A DNA stretch of 64,000 nt from Tubiluchus corallicola (GCA_030141605.1 JAQGDQ010000020.1:1240001-1304000); one strand, 5' to 3'. Positions 13,983-28,842 are shown, counted from the stretch's first letter. Notes: generated by a model not told the origin, from the sequence alone. Made by a program: numbers and translations.

Positions 13983-15929
13983 TTAATACTTTCAATAAAA
14001 GCCTAGTAAGGCTTAACACAAACCAATGACGAAATTCCTATCTCTTTATACTTATGAGTGCAGTCGGTTAATATTTAGTATTTAATTTTTTATTTACCTT
14101 TTTTTGTTTAAGCATGGCTATGTTGGGTTCACTAAAACTAGATTGTACTTGAACTCATGTGGAAAAAAAGCAAAAAAGCACGCCAGAAAATCAGAAAAAA
14201 GAACAGAAAAGAAAAAGAAGAACAAAAATGCGTTTTCTTTGTTCACCTGGTTTGACTGTCTAGAGTCACTAATAGCTACGATACAAATGCAAGACAACAA
14301 TAAACTGACTGACTGGCTGATTACAAAAATAAATAAGCGCTGAGAGAAGTAGACAGACAGACAGACAGTCGGATGGACAGACAGGCGGAAGGCAGGCAGT
14401 CAGCCAGACAGACAGAGAGACAAATAAGCAGACAAACAAAACAAAGCAGACAAACATCCATTAAAGACATAATAATATAAGAAGAATAACTACTAATATA
14501 CTTATTAACGATTAACTACTAAAAGAACTAATATACTCTGTAATTTACATAATGCTTTCTGTTCGTGGACCTACCTTGCACGTCCAGACTCACTACCTAC
14601 AAACTGTAGCAAATCCGTTAGGCCTTTCTAACCTACATTCTCCTTATAACAGAACTGTTAAAAAGAAATCTATGAGCAATGTCTGTCAGTTTGCATAATC
14701 TTTTCCACAATTGTTAAGTAATTTTGTACTATGCATAATGATACGATACGTATGAATGTGCCATATGTACACATTACGAAAATCTTTTGGCCTTAATAGA
14801 GCAGTTACTTGTAAGCTTCAACGGCTGGGTTTATGTCTAAATTTTTGTCGTACATAAACCGGTGAGAATTACTGTAAATGTGACATATGATGGATGTAAA
14901 CTTGCTAATTTAATAAATATTTTCTCACTCACTCACCAGGACTAGGAGGTTGGGAGGTATCTATTATATTTCCATTCACATGGTTTGCTTATTTGTGCTT
15001 ACATAGACATATATACATTAACATTTATTTGCTTATAGCTGCCACAAATCATACTATTTATGGGCAATATTGATTAATTTGATTCAACAGTACTAATCAA
15101 CTTTTAAAAACCATTGTGGCGATACACGATGTATGACCCAGGCGTGGACGGAAGAATGGCAAAATTGCTTCTGTAATTGAAAGGCTAATTAGACTGTAGT
15201 CATGGCAACGGGTAGGGACCAAAGACGAATGCTATGGAATTAGAAATAGTTAATTATGAGTTATAAGTATAATTACATAGTTATTAAAGTGGACGCTTGA
15301 GCAATAACGCAGATATTGAAGTGTTCGTTTGGGCATAAAATCAAATCCCTGCTAGTCATAAGTTCTTAATTTGTAATCGAAATCAAACCAAATCTGTCGT
15401 CAATTTTTCAGGACTAGATCAGGCTATACAGCATGAGGGTGATTCGGGCTGAATTATTAGGCCCTTATATGCAGGAAACGTAGTAGTGTTACTGAACAAG
15501 TAATTGGCTCCTGTGTCCTGAAGCTGATTTGAATATTCCGTGACCGATCTGAAATGCCACATTTCTGAATTGAGATTTTCTACGCATGCGCAACTACATA
15601 ACTGGGCTATAGAACCACAATTAAGTTGTGGTCTATAGTAATAATAATAATAATAAAATGAGTTGATTTGAGAAATTATAGGTCAGATATATAACAATAC
15701 TTACATCGCGGGGAAGGTGAAGTTGTTAAGATAAGATAACGAGATAAGTCAAAATTTCAATAACAGAGATTCATTGCCAATTTTTCACTATTAAAAGGAG
15801 ATTTGTGTTCTAGGAATATATTCGATGACAGTTCATGCAGCTGCAAAAATTCGACTCAGAGCCCCGCCATTATTTTTTTTTAGTGTTCAAACTATGACAT
15901 GCACAGAACACTATTATTGGATCAGCTCT

Positions 15930-15970
15930 GCAGCAGCATCAGCAGCAGCAGCAGCAGCAACAGCAACAGT

Positions 15971-16039
<69 letters not shown>

Positions 16040-16199
16040 AACGAAAACGACAACAACAACGACAACGACAATGGCGACGACGACAACGACAACGACAATA
16101 ACAGCAACAACAACAACGACAACGACAATGGAGGCGACAACAACGAAAACGAGAACAACGACAACGACAACAACAGCAACAACAACAACAACGACAACG

Positions 16200-16249
<50 letters not shown>

Positions 16250-16268
16250 AACAACAACAACAACAATA
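15930..16268. repeat. (CAG)n / (ACAACG)n microsatellite
   Basis: Directly visible. Confidence 0.95.
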
Positions 16269-19200
16269 TTGAGTGAGTGGTTCTAAATATTAATGAAAAT
16301 TAGGTTTCTTCAAAGACAAAGAGAAGGATGGGATCAAAACATTCGATAAACTTGAAATAAGGTTAATGAGAGCAACTGGCAAATCGGATAGTATGTAACT
16401 GTTAGGATGGAAGACTTTAACTTATAACACAATACCTTCTGTCATCAAAACGTTTATCAGTATCCATCCTCACAGTAGTGGCAAAACAGTGGTGTTATCT
16501 TAATCAAGTTATCTTAATTTACATACTATTAACAAATAATAATCTTTCCATCTTTTATATCATCTCATATATGAGCTTCATTCATTACATCATTCCATTT
16601 TAAGCACTAATGTTTTTTTGTTTTTTTTATCATACGATTCACTTTAAATTTTCAGATTATTTCCATTACTTTTTTCTTTCACAGTGTGGGACAATATAAC
16701 AAGCCCTGCTTTTTGATTGCCCGCAACACATTTACATTCGTATATAGGTGAACAGTGTTTGAGGCTTTTCCTGTGCAGAAACAATAAAAGCTTATTGTAC
16801 CGAGTACGCGATTGTAGTATTATGTGACCCATTTAATTGTGAGTCTACTACACTAAAGGACTGAATTAGTCTATGCTGCCATCTACAGTCGTTGTTTTAC
16901 ACTAATTATACAAAGTTTGTCAGAGATTGATTTTTGTTTCTAAATATTATTTCCTTTTGCTTTTATAGATATTCATTAATCAGAGTAATTAGATTGTTAA
17001 TTTCATGCTTTAATTCTGGTTCTAACTCTCTTATTCAAGTTTAAATAGAGAAAAATTATAACATTATAACACAGCTTTCTGTAAACCAATAATCTTTGTT
17101 CTGCTATCAAAGAACTCAAGTAGACTTTGATTTTGGTTTGACTAGTAGTCTGTAGAGTATAGGTGACCTTTCCATTTATGGTCTGTATGCATGAATGTGA
17201 TGTACCTTCCAATAGGAACTTGTATGTCTGGTCATGTGATTACAGCTTTATTTTCTCAGGCATGCAAGTTTCAGTTGATCTAGAGACAGCATTGAGAAAG
17301 GATGCAAATTTTCTACTTGAAAATATCATATTGTTAACTTTATGACTGTTTGTTCAATTTTGTGATTGAGGTGAACATTGTATACGTTTTACAATAAAAT
17401 GATTGCAAATTTCTACAGCCCGCAACACATTTACATCTATATATAGGTGAACAGTGTGTGAGGCTTTTCCTGTGCAGAAGCAATAAAAAACTTATTTGTA
17501 TTACGTTTATTGTAGGCCCTTTCACTATATATTGTACATGAAACTATTGTAAATGTGTAATGTGAAATAAATGACTTACTTAGCATAATAATTAGGATAA
17601 GATAACATCAACTTCCATTTTAACAGCAATAAAACTCTGAGGTTATGTCACCAACCTGAAACACATTAATTTTAGTGCAATTTTACTCGGCAGTTTGTCG
17701 ATTTTAGTAACTTTCATTTAAATTGTAAATTCTGACTGATTGTTACCAGGTGGTGAATGCAACGCATCTTATGGAAAAAATTTTTGACTAATCCAGATAT
17801 CTATATTATTATCGTTTATTGACCATAAATGTTTTTGTAAGTAATACAATCAATGTGAAGTAGAAAACATACGTAAGTTTATCAAAGTATGCGAAGCGTA
17901 CTAAATAACATAATATTACGTAACGAGCTTTTACAATTGTTACAGCCGATGATACTTACTCGAATCATAATTTCATTTTTCCTAGACCTTACTAAACTAG
18001 TTTATATTTTATTTTTGAATTTCTAGTTGCACTTATAGTTTAGCTTGCACCAGGCGCATTTGCCCAGAACAGTGTATGTTTTTATATGAACTAACACTGA
18101 TTGTCTGTCTTTTATTATGATGGTCAATGTTTTTAAAATGGCAAATAAAGATTTTACTACTACTACTACTACTACCACCACTACCACTACCACTACCACT
18201 ACCACTACCACTACCACTACCACTACCACTACTACAGACAATGAACAATTTACTTAATAACGCATGGGAAGATATCACCTGATTCAAGTGGAGTAGCCTA
18301 GGCTCTGCATAAAAAAGATGAGCTCGAGTCAAGTACTATAATGTTATCGAATATAGTTTACTTAACTAGCAGATAGGGGGCGTGCGAACAGCACATGGTG
18401 TTCGATCTTGAATACTAAGACCCACACTCACCCGACCCTTCTCTCTCGTGGAATTCTCGACCACCTTCCTGTTTCTGCCTTCAACCTGTGTGAAGACAGC
18501 ACTCGATCAGAACATGTATATCGCCTATGCTGTGCAGGTGCTGCCGCCTGTCGGCTGCCGCAGGAAGTTTTACCATGGCCTTGTATATGCGTGTTTTATT
18601 GGCAAAATATCGATTACCAGCATACACACGTACATATAAAACACAACTACGCAGAGATATAAATTTTAGTATTTCATTTGGTATTCATTTATCATGGATT
18701 GTATTGAGGGCCCTCAACATGTATAATATACTCGGCCCAGGCACTTGCACGTATCTTACACACTAACACAGTAGGCTATTGATTTATTACTCGGCCATTG
18801 TTGACATCATTTACTCTGGAAGATCTTAATATTTTATGGTCGACTTGTACGACAGGTACTAATGGGGGAAAATTCAGGCACATCAGCATCCGGGTATATT
18901 TGGGGCTGTTTCAAAGCAGGGGTAAAACGCACATAGCGGGTTTATCTAGTGAACTGCTTATTTCTTACATTCAGTTAAGAAACGGTATGGCAAATGTTAA
19001 GTATGTAATGTGTTTGGGCTTTAAAAACCAAATTCGAAGCTCGATTAAATTTTGCTCTTTCTTTGCTCTTTATTTGCCAAAACATGTCATTCCATCTAAA
19101 CATAAGAAATTAGTGCCAAAAAATAACAAATAAACAAATAAACAAAAAATAACAATAGCCAAAAGTCAATTTTACATAATTAAGAGTTCTACACTGCACT

Positions 19201-20130
19201 GTCGTATTAATTAATACCTAGCTGTTATTTTAAACTAAATTTAAGTTTTTTTAAAGTAATTAGAGGATATACATACGTTATTAGCCCCAAATCATGAGCA
19301 ATTGTAAACAGATAACGACAATATCTTACTAACTTATCATAACACGTCTTCACTTCACAGTAGGCCTCTGACCCAGATCAAATTGATCACGTGATTAGGC
19401 CAAAAATCACCACAAGGTGGCCAAAGCCGACAACAAGCGAAGGCCGCCAAGCACGCCAATGCGAGATTTCCAGTACATAAAGTTTTCAAAAAGAAAAATC
19501 GCCATAAATTGTCTACTTTTACCCATAATGTACAGTTTTTGCCTCTTTGGCTTCAGCAATCACCCAAGTCGGTGGGACTGGGGCCTGGTCGGACCTCTTC
19601 CCAAATTACAATCAAAGTCCGAACACATGTGTGGCGATGGAAAGACTAGAAAACCAGCCAAAATCTTTGGGCTATATAAACAACCATTGCGAACACTAAC
19701 AGTGCGAGATTTCACAGCTTTGTAGAAACTTCGGATCTGCTATATCAATAATTGACATTTAAGCTTAGAGAAATAAACAGGCGACTCGGAGTTTGCGGGA
19801 AAAACAACATACATTTGCAACTTAGCCGTTACCTAATATCACAATTATGCACAATAAATGGTTATCGAACGCTGGAGTAAACAGGCAACTTTAAGAATGT
19901 TTACGTAGCCGTCATTGCAGGGAATAAGACGATGCAGACAGGTGTTACTTCTTCTTTCTATCATTTCTTTCTACTGCTGTCTCTTTTAAACTAAATTTCA
20001 CAAAGGTTTATGTAATCATTGAAAGAGGAAGAATGGAGAATTTAAAGTACCTCTAAAAACTTTCCGAGGAAATATGTGTTACTTAGCCTACCTGTTTGGA
20101 AGACTTACGTAACTGGGAAAGAAAATTGTA

Positions 20131-20600
20131 CAGGTTTTACACGTCAAATGTAGATTTAGGTAATTCAAATGTGTTAACAATGGTCTTCAACAAATTTAAG
20201 CGTTTTTGGTAAGTCAATTGTAGACACATGTCAAGTCAAATGTGACATTGGTATCTCAAATGTGGATAGGTAGTAAAGCTTAAGGATGTTAAATTTAATC
20301 TTCTTTAATTTCAATTTAATAATTGCTCTTAAGTTAAAATAACAACGTTATAGGTTCACTAATATTCTGCAAACTTTACATACCATTGGAACTGTTAGAG
20401 AAAACAATGCATTCTTAAAATAAACAATGTTTCTTGAGAGAAACTAATTCATTAATGCAGTGCTAATTTCTATGTCTACATTTGACTTACCTAAGTAACA
20501 TTTAAGTTACCAAAACACATTTGAAATTCCTAAGTCTACATTTGAGTTACCTAAGTCACTTTTGAACTTTCCTGTGTCTACATTTGACGTGTAAAACCTA
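20131..20600 (-). mobile_element. TA-flanked MITE family A, copy 1 (470 bp)
   Basis: TIR (C/T)AGGTTTTACACGTCAAATGTAGA, TA on both sides, subterminal ~21-bp TCTACATTTGA repeats; opposite orientation to copies at 32780 and 45016. Confidence 0.9.
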
Positions 20601-21067
20601 TATAAATTTACAAAGTACGTGCCAGTTGGTAAAACGTCACTGGCTCATTATCCGTGTGTACACCAAAAAACGTCACTGATTCACCAGAAAATCGTATTAC
20701 TAAATTGATTGTATGTACATAGCCATTGAAATTAAAAACACCAACCTGGTTTGGAAATTAGATGGGCGACTGCCCAAAAAATCAGTTCAAGTGCCATTTA
20801 TTACCTGCTAGTGATTTACCAGTGAAGACAAACACATACACTTACAAACATCCGTCAATTCAGTGCCTCATCTTCTGAATATTATTCATAAATAGCTAGA
20901 TTTCGGTCCCGCCATACAATCTATGTTAAGTAAGCTCTGTCATCGACTTTTCGTTACTTTTGTTGGTAAGAAAGCGCAATTTAATTAAATGCATCAATAT
21001 ATGGATGTGGCTTTTAACATTATCGTTGCTGTTTTTCTTCAAGTTCAAGGACACAGATTAGCTCAAG

Positions 21068-21215
21068 TTTTCAAGAGAACTAACACCCCAACAGAAGCAT
21101 GTCATAACCGACCAGCTTAAGTATTCAAGATAATTAACTCCCCAACAGAAGCATGTCATAACCGACCAGCTTAAGTATTCAAGATAACTAACTCCCCAAC
21201 AAAAGCACGTCATAC
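21068..21215. repeat. 54-bp tandem repeat, ~2.6 copies
   Basis: CCCCAACA(G/A)AAGCA recurs at 21086, 21140 and 21194. Confidence 0.85.
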
Positions 21216-22347
21216 TTCTTTGTGGTGGAAAATGTAAAAATGCAAAAAATGTTCGTTGATGCGTCACTTATTTACAAAATCCCGACCTGGCCGTCTTTAA
21301 CTTCTCCCCGAAGTCGACCATATCCTCGAGGATTCATCTAAATATTCACAGCGGTTGTCCAAAAAGCGATGAAAATGATAGCGTCATTACACAGATGGAC
21401 CAGTAACGTGAACCAGAAGTGTATGCCGCCATGATTGACACGGGTTTTGTTAACTCAAGTTCAACTGTTTACAACACTAATGGAATCAAGCCGCTGAAAC
21501 CCTATTATACGCACTGACCCGGGATTTAGTTTGGTATTTTGTTGCCGGGTATAATGAGAAGTGCTGGCGTACGATTACAGTTCTACATGTGTGTTTCACC
21601 GACCCCAACTGCATAGGTAAACTCCAATCATTTGCACACATACGGAGTTCTTAACCATGCTCAGCTTCTGTACGATTTGGCGCATATGTGGCACAGTATG
21701 ACTGTTGTATACTTGCAGCTCAACAATCAGCGTTAAGGCGTGATCATATTCTTCTTTGCAAATGTTTCAAAGAGAATGTAATGCTATTTAATTTGGTTAT
21801 TAACTGTGTTGTCGCGAAGTTCGTCTTAATTACTTCGCGTTGATTAACTTGACTTTTAAATATTACATTGTCTTCTTGCTCATTTCTTCATCACATTCCC
21901 TCCTTTTTTAGGCTTGTTACAGCATTGATATAGCTTAAATTTCCCTCTACTCTTACTGTACTTATTTGCTTCTGAATGACCTTTTACATTAATAGTGTTC
22001 TAGTTTTCTGTATTTAAGCTGTGTAAGACAAGTCTACCTTGAACATTTAGACCTGTGGGCTAGCCAGGCTAATTGTTCCGCTGTTTTAGTATAGTGGTAT
22101 TTGAGTATTGATAATTATCTTATTTGATTCTGTGATTGTACCTGATAGTATAGATGTTATAATATAATTCCTCGTGACTTGTTAATGATTGTTTTTTTTA
22201 TTATTTGATTGAAAAAGCTAACAGGCTTAGTAATTGTGGGCAAAGTTTAATTCAGTAACAGTTCTCCCACCTATTTCATTGCCCACAAACTGATTAATAA
22301 TTACACTTCACGGTCAAATATTTACTGCGACAGATGAAAACTAATAA

Positions 22348-22563
22348 ACCATATTAATTAAATCATAACTTTTTTCATGTTTTTGTGCATAGTTGTAAAT
22401 ATGTTTGATTTTATTCGTCGTTACTTTCCATTACTGCACAGTAGTTTAGATTGCACTGATGCATTTGCCTTTAGCAGTGTAAGTTTTTATTAACTAACAC
22501 TGATTGATCATCTCTGTAAAGTTTTTATCAGTGATTTTCAATGTATTTTAATGGCAAATAAAG
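22348..22563 (+). mobile_element. LINE-type 3' tail fragment; inverted copy at 24016-24228
   Basis: Ends ATGGCAAATAAAG(ATT)n; near-identical reverse-complement copy 1.45 kb away; related tail near 18085-18155. Confidence 0.7.
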
Positions 22564-23089
22564 ATTATTATTGTTATTAATTATGAAAACTAATAAGCTT
22601 AATTCCGAAAGGAGACGGAGTGACATTATTTAAATGTTCGGAAATCTGCCGACGCATCCTTGATGAATCCGCAGATTTCCGAACATTTACGTAACGAAAA
22701 TAAAACGTATGAGCTGAACACAGCCAAGAATGACCTTGTCATAGAAGCAAAAGAAAACACAAGAAGACTTGCGGTTAATATTGTTGAAAAAACTTGTAAG
22801 TATCAGAAGATCTTTCCATCTGGAGATAGCTACTGTGAAATGGCTAATCGATTTGGATCCTTTTTCAGTGAAAGGATTGAGAATATTAAGGAGAACAAGT
22901 TACCAATATTCAACTTCTGGAACATAATACCGACTGTTGGTAGAAATTTATCACAGATATTTTAAATCATCCAGGATTCTCACAGATTTGGAGGCTAAAA
23001 GTACAGAGTCCATTAGGCCTTCGAAAAAAATCCTTCAGTTTCGCTGGCTGTCTTTCAAATAAAATAACTTTACTAATTATCAATACGAA

Positions 23090-23792
23090 TTATGCATGTG
23101 GCATTTTCATTGACATGTCAAAACCCTTTAACACTATTAATTCATGTAATTCTTCTTGAAAAGATAAAATACTGTTGCACTGCCCATTGTATCAACTAGC
23201 TAGGGTTGTTATGTTTGATAAATTAAGTGAAATACTTCTGCCCGAAAACCTTAACATAGCTGCCTTAGGAAATAATGATCTGTTGAAGTTGTTATTATTC
23301 GGAAAAGATGAATTTAACTATGTTGTTAACTGTAAAATATTCCAATGTATACATGACTTTATATTACGTACTAAACGCTTCCAGTAGTTTCTATTTGATA
23401 TGAAATACACCAGTCTTAAATATTCGTACATTAATATTTTCTAACCCTCATTTTCTACTAATGTCTAATGTATTCTTGTAGTAAACCTTGTCAGCTTGTG
23501 TAGTTATAGTCTATTCTTACTGTAAATGTTCTTGTAAATAGTGTATAAAGTCTGTTGTGGTGAAGATCCTAAACCATGTTATTCAAACTGTCTGATCCAA
23601 TCCTAAATAAATTATGTTTAAACTGAAAGATAAAATATGGGATCATGGCAGTTTCTCAATTCTGGTTCAAAGGCTATTTCACTAGACGGAGTTAGCACGT
23701 TAAAGTAGATGGGCGTAAATCCCTTTTAAAGCAGTTGGTCTCCCTCAGGAATCAGCACTGAATCCACTTCTATTTCCTTTATACATAAATTA
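23090..23792 (+). mobile_element. Degenerate CR1/L2-group reverse transcriptase fragment interrupted by a second LINE 3' end (23172-23625)
   Basis: GIFIDMSKPFNT and GLPQESALNPLLFPLYIN (RT motifs DLSKAFD and GVPQGS.LGPLLF..YIND); the insert encodes HCPLY...LLLFG...FILRTKRF and is flanked by the 12-bp duplication AAAGATAAAATA. Confidence 0.8.
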
Positions 23793-24229
23793 TTATGTCT
23801 ACCGATCTTTAGTAACTGACTTTCGTTTCGCGCTTTTGTGTGGATATTTGGGAACCTCAATACTTGATAACAGAGATACTCATTAACAAGGACAATTAGT
23901 AATAGGGATTCAGAAACTTGTCAAGACATTGACTCACAGCATAATTGCGAGTGGGGTTCATATACCCTGCTGTATGCAATTCTGTCCTGTTATATATATA
24001 TATATATATATATAACTTTATTTGCCATTAAAATATATTGATAATCACTGATAAAAACTTTACAGAGATGATCAATCAGTGTTAGTTAATAAAAACTTAT
24101 ACTGCTAAAGGCAAATGCGTCAGTGCAATCTAAACTACTTTGCAGTAATGGAGAGTAACAACGAATAAAATCAAACATATTTACAACTATGCACAAAAAA
24201 TGAAAAATTATGATTTAATTAATATGGTC

Positions 24230-24470
24230 GTGGATATGTAAATTCTGAATTAGTGTGTATGTTTTCGTACTGGTGTGATGGTATTTCATATCTGCTTAAT
24301 ATTAGTGATTTTAATTTTGTTTTAAATGCTGATAGGGACTTGATTTGTTTAACCTGTTAAGGTAGAGAATTCCAAAGTAGAATTGCTTGCTTGATTACAG
24401 AGTTCGTTCCATGGTGGGTATTTGTCCTAATTTGTTTTAGATTGCTTGTTGTTCAGATTGCTAGATTGCT
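24230..24470 (-). mobile_element. LINE ORF2 C-terminal remnant
   Basis: Minus strand reads QAILLWNSLP*QVKQIKSLSAFKTKLK, the usual CR1/L2/Jockey-group ORF2 end. Confidence 0.7.
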
Positions 24471-25559
24471 GGTTCAAGTAGTAACTATAAAAATAGCCTC
24501 GCCTCTTCATACTTTTCAAAGCTTGAACAAGGTAAATGACAGTAAAAAACTTGTAATGTTATACGCAACCAGAAGCAGAAGAGAAAAGACACGATGCTAC
24601 AGACATCAAATTACGGGTGGTGCATAGATTTACTACAAGTTTTGCTATCGAATTTCTCAAAACACTTGTTTTAGTGTGATTGATTAACGTCTGCGCGTCC
24701 CGTAAAACATGGTTGTCATGCGTCCACCCATATCCAGACAGTCATCAAAACAGCTGCTGCATGTAAACCGCCCAGATGGATTCACAATCTTACAGCGTGT
24801 TTATGTACTTGACGTAACTAGAGTAAGAGGATACGCCATGATGCCCGACTAAAAAGCTTTCTCGCTTTAATATTTAGTTCAATTTACATTTGCACCACTC
24901 AACATATAAACATTTTAGAGCAGTATGGATACCCCCATATGCCGCCAACGTCAAAAGCGCCGCGTGTAAACTAGTAGGGATTACTTCGAAGAGGCGAATC
25001 TAGCAACGCTATGACAAACACTTCAGAGAAACGTGTTCCCTTTCAAACAAAATTGCAGTTCACGCGTAAAAAACCATGTAGAACCATTTAAGTACAAGTT
25101 GCAGGTACCAGCAGCAAGGTAATCATCTTACCTACAAATATTGCTGTTGTTAAATACGTGTTGTCAGTGTAGATGTGCCTTAAGGCCAGCATTCCAAGCA
25201 ACGTCGAGCATTGTATGGCTTCACGAGCATGGAGTGCATTGCAGAAACATCGTGTAGGTTTACATTCGATGGGATTTACTAGGAGCAGAAAGCTAAAGGG
25301 TGGTCTTGGGTATCTATGGAGACGTGATTAATACTGAAACTTTACAGTGTCGTTTTTGTTTTGAACGAAATTTAGTTACAAAATGTGGCAAATGACTTCA
25401 ACAACAATTGAAACAAATATATATAAAATTTAATGAGTACTTCAACAACAATTGGAAAAAAATATATATAAAATTTAAAACCGCGTTGTAAGTTGAACCT
25501 TTTTTAGCAAAAGGGTAACCGGACAGAATTATTTTGTCAAAAAAATTCCAAAAAGCAAG

Positions 25560-26420
25560 AAATTCTATTTGACCTAAGCTCTAACATAATAGACAAGTTA
25601 TCTCGCTATGAGGTTTCAACAAATTAATTGAGAGCCTTCCCTTTAGCCTGATTCTTTTTAACGCACTCCGGACACTTATACCCTCTTGCCGTTTTCAACT
25701 CAAAATGTGAAGCTCAGAACCTCCACGAAATCATGAAAAGATTAACAGCCAAGTGGTCACGATACGTGCTCAGTTTGTTTTAGTAAAGTGAAGTTCCTTC
25801 TGCCAAACTGTCTCAAAGTATGTATGTACTCCTGAATTACTAGGGCACTTCCGTATCTCTCATCTCCGGGAATTATTTTTGTTTATCCATTAATAAGTAA
25901 GATTTCGGAGCGCGCATAATCGTTAAACATAATAAGAGGAACCATTTTGCTGAGTACCAGACATCGCCAATAATACTTATGGAAAACTACACAACTTGGT
26001 CCATCTTTTACAGAAACTCGAACATCTTTTGCTTGTTAAACATTGCGTACATCGCTTGTTAATAAAAAATCCCGTTAAGAGAGCAAACTTTACAAAGTTG
26101 CTCTTTACATAAGCTCACACAACCTCCTTATTGAGAAAGGCCGACACACCAAACCTAAAATCCCTCTTAACAACAGACTATGTCATATTTGTAAAGATCA
26201 AAAAATTGATGACAAAAAGCATTTAATTCTTGAATGTAACTATTATAATGATTTAAGATAAAGCCTGTTTTCTCATGTCAATGAAATTTTCCCAAACTTT
26301 TTTAATCTTGCGGTCCAGGAAAACTTTATGTTTCTGATGAATGGAAATGAAAGCGAACTTGCCAATTTAATTTGAAACTATTTTTAAACAGACTGTTTTA
26401 AAATAAGAAAATAATATCTT
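25560..26420 (+). mobile_element. RTE-X-like LINE 3' remnant with CCHC knuckle; related copy ~39870-40305
   Basis: ~26110-26260 reads ISSHNLLIEKGRHTKPKIPLNNRLCHICKDQKIDDKKHLILECNYYNDLR; 5' boundary approximate. Confidence 0.75.
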
Positions 26421-26459
26421 AGTCGCAGAAAATCGTCTACTGACATTTTGAGTAACATC

Positions 26460-26720
26460 AGATAAGCAAAACAAAACGTATCAATGCTTGTATTACATGA
26501 CCTTACCTCAGCTTTTGACATCATTATCTTAACTCCAATTTTAAGATTAATTGTACAGTCTTACAACGGATAGCTTTGTACATATCTTGATTATTATGGC
26601 AAACGATTATTTGCCACTTAGGCTTTCATTAAACTAAGGCTGCCTACAAGGAAATTGTCTGGGTCCCCTTTGTTACTCCATATTTGTTAGTTCACTGTTT
26701 GGTGTAATTAGAAAACACTG
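26460..26720 (+). mobile_element. L2-like RT remnant
   Basis: SMLVLHDLTSAFD and GCLQGNCLGPLCYSIF resemble LVLLDLSAAFD and GVPQGSCLGPLLF. Confidence 0.6.
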
Positions 26721-27179
26721 TCATGTGCTGATAGATCGCTAGCTAATATTTCCATTTTCTTTGTATTTTTGCGTAACCTATGACGTTGCTGTTGAAATAA
26801 GGAATAAACTGAATCTGGTCTTTTATATTGTAACTTTAGTCTGTAACTAACAAACATAATTCAAATAAAAAATTGATTGCGAATGTGAACTGGAGTAACA
26901 AAACCAAAAGCGAAGTAAATAAAAGCGAGTGATTATCCCTAACAACGCCTTTTCTCGCATTTCAAAACACTCTTCCTACACGCACGCTGTTCAAACATTA
27001 GGTTACCGTGTTGGGCGTGTGTTAATCGTGCATCTGTCCCTGTCAAATTTTGATTTCCTCTACCATTTGTCTCAAACGTCCAAGGAGAATATTTCTATTA
27101 CATCCCAATTAGTTGGTCAAACACGTGTAAAAACTTGTATATATGTGGCTTACATGTATGGGTGGAAAACAGTCGTCAT

Positions 27180-27381
27180 CAGGGCCTATTTCGGGGGGGG
27201 CGGAGTGGGGGTATTTCCCCGGGGCCTCACCCTCCAAGGGTGCCTCGCGCCGAGGTAACATTTTTTTTGCTTTCGCGAACATGCTGTATAACTCCATATT
27301 GTCTCTTCGAAAACCCTTGAACAAAGGGGACCTCACACGCCCAACTTCCCCCGGGCCTAGCTTAGGCTGAAATAGGCCCTA
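27180..27381. mobile_element. hAT-type MITE (202 bp)
   Basis: TIR CAGGGCCTATTTC / GAAATAGGCCCTA; 8-bp TSD GTCGTCAT / GTCGTAAT. Confidence 0.88.
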
Positions 27382-27910
27382 GTCGTAATGTGAATGTGTT
27401 GATGTCCAAACAGAAGAGCACGTTTGAATCACTTGCCCGAAAACCGAAATCTTAGAAATGAGGTCTCGAACGTAATTTTTTCTAATATTGTAGATGTATT
27501 TGAAAACGAACCCACGTTTACATTTGTTATGATGTAATGAAATCATTTACGGATTGAGCAATGTTACTTTGAGTCTAGACCACTGTCTGTCGTCAAGCGA
27601 TACTTGATCACTCATAAAGTTTCTACCAAAATATGATTAGAGTTTTTTTCGCAGACTGTTATCTATAGTATTGTATTTTTTTATGACATAGTAATACATA
27701 GGCATAGAATTGGTGTACTTAACTAAAGAGCACATTGCATTTATTTTGTCTTTGTTGTTCTTGATGTGTCATTTTGGTAACGTCTTTTTGGATTATAGTT
27801 TTTTATGTCACCCAATATTATAGTGTATGTGTCTCGAATTATGTAGAATTATGTATCAATAAACTAATAAACTAATAAACTAGCTACGTATATATATATA
27901 TATTATGTAA

Positions 27911-28242
27911 TTATATTATATTGTATTGTATTGTATTGTATTGTATTGTATTGTATTGTATTGTATTGTATTGTATTGTATTGTACTGTACTGTACTGTA
28001 CTGTACTGTACTGCACTGCACTGTACTGTACTGCACTGCACTGCACTGCACTGCACTGCACTGCACTGCACTGCACTGCACTGCACTGCACTGCACTGCA
28101 CTGCACTGCACTGCACTGCACTACACTACACTACACTACACTACACTACACTACACTACATTACATTACATTACATTACATTACATTACATTACATTACA
28201 TTACATTACATTATATTATATTATATTATGTTATATTATATT
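27911..28242. repeat. Compound pentanucleotide microsatellite TTATA-TTGTA-CTGTA-CTGCA-CTACA-TTACA-TTATA
   Basis: Directly visible. Confidence 0.95.
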
Positions 28243-28842
28243 ATACTATATGTATATTATATATACATACATATATATATACATAATATAATAGTCTTGG
28301 GTAACGGTTTATAAAATCGACAAAACGACAGGATTTCGAATAGAAAATGGAAGATGTCAGACATTTTTTACTTTCTTGTACATTGCGTAAATTTTTTACA
28401 TTTTATTCGTGTTTCAAATGCCCCACCCATCACAGGGATGTACAACTCGACTCCTCTTCTGACAATATTTCACGTGTAGCAGCCCTACGGTTAGCAATAG
28501 AAGGCGCATTTCGTGTAGAACTCCAAAGCTCTTATTTCATTGGTGTAAGTAATACAAGAATGATATCCCATCTTACCAAAACCGGGCGTTAATTTTTCAA
28601 CAAGGAGATTCGACTACGACCGGCTGTGAACGGGCCACACACACTGACAATATCAATTACATCGCTAGAGATTTGAGCTTGGAGAAACGTATCAACCGAC
28701 TTATTGGTTATTGTTCATAAACGCGTGCAATAGGAAAATGAAATTTTCTAAAAAATATTATTAACTAGTCCCAAAAAACTAACCACCTGATCCTTTTCAT
28801 ATTTTAATTTTGCAGCGTCGTTAAAAAAAGTGCTGTGATTGC

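Noticed and set aside
18370-18600. GC-richer island with short ORFs
   Set aside because: No motif, splice pattern or terminal repeats recognised; cannot be called.
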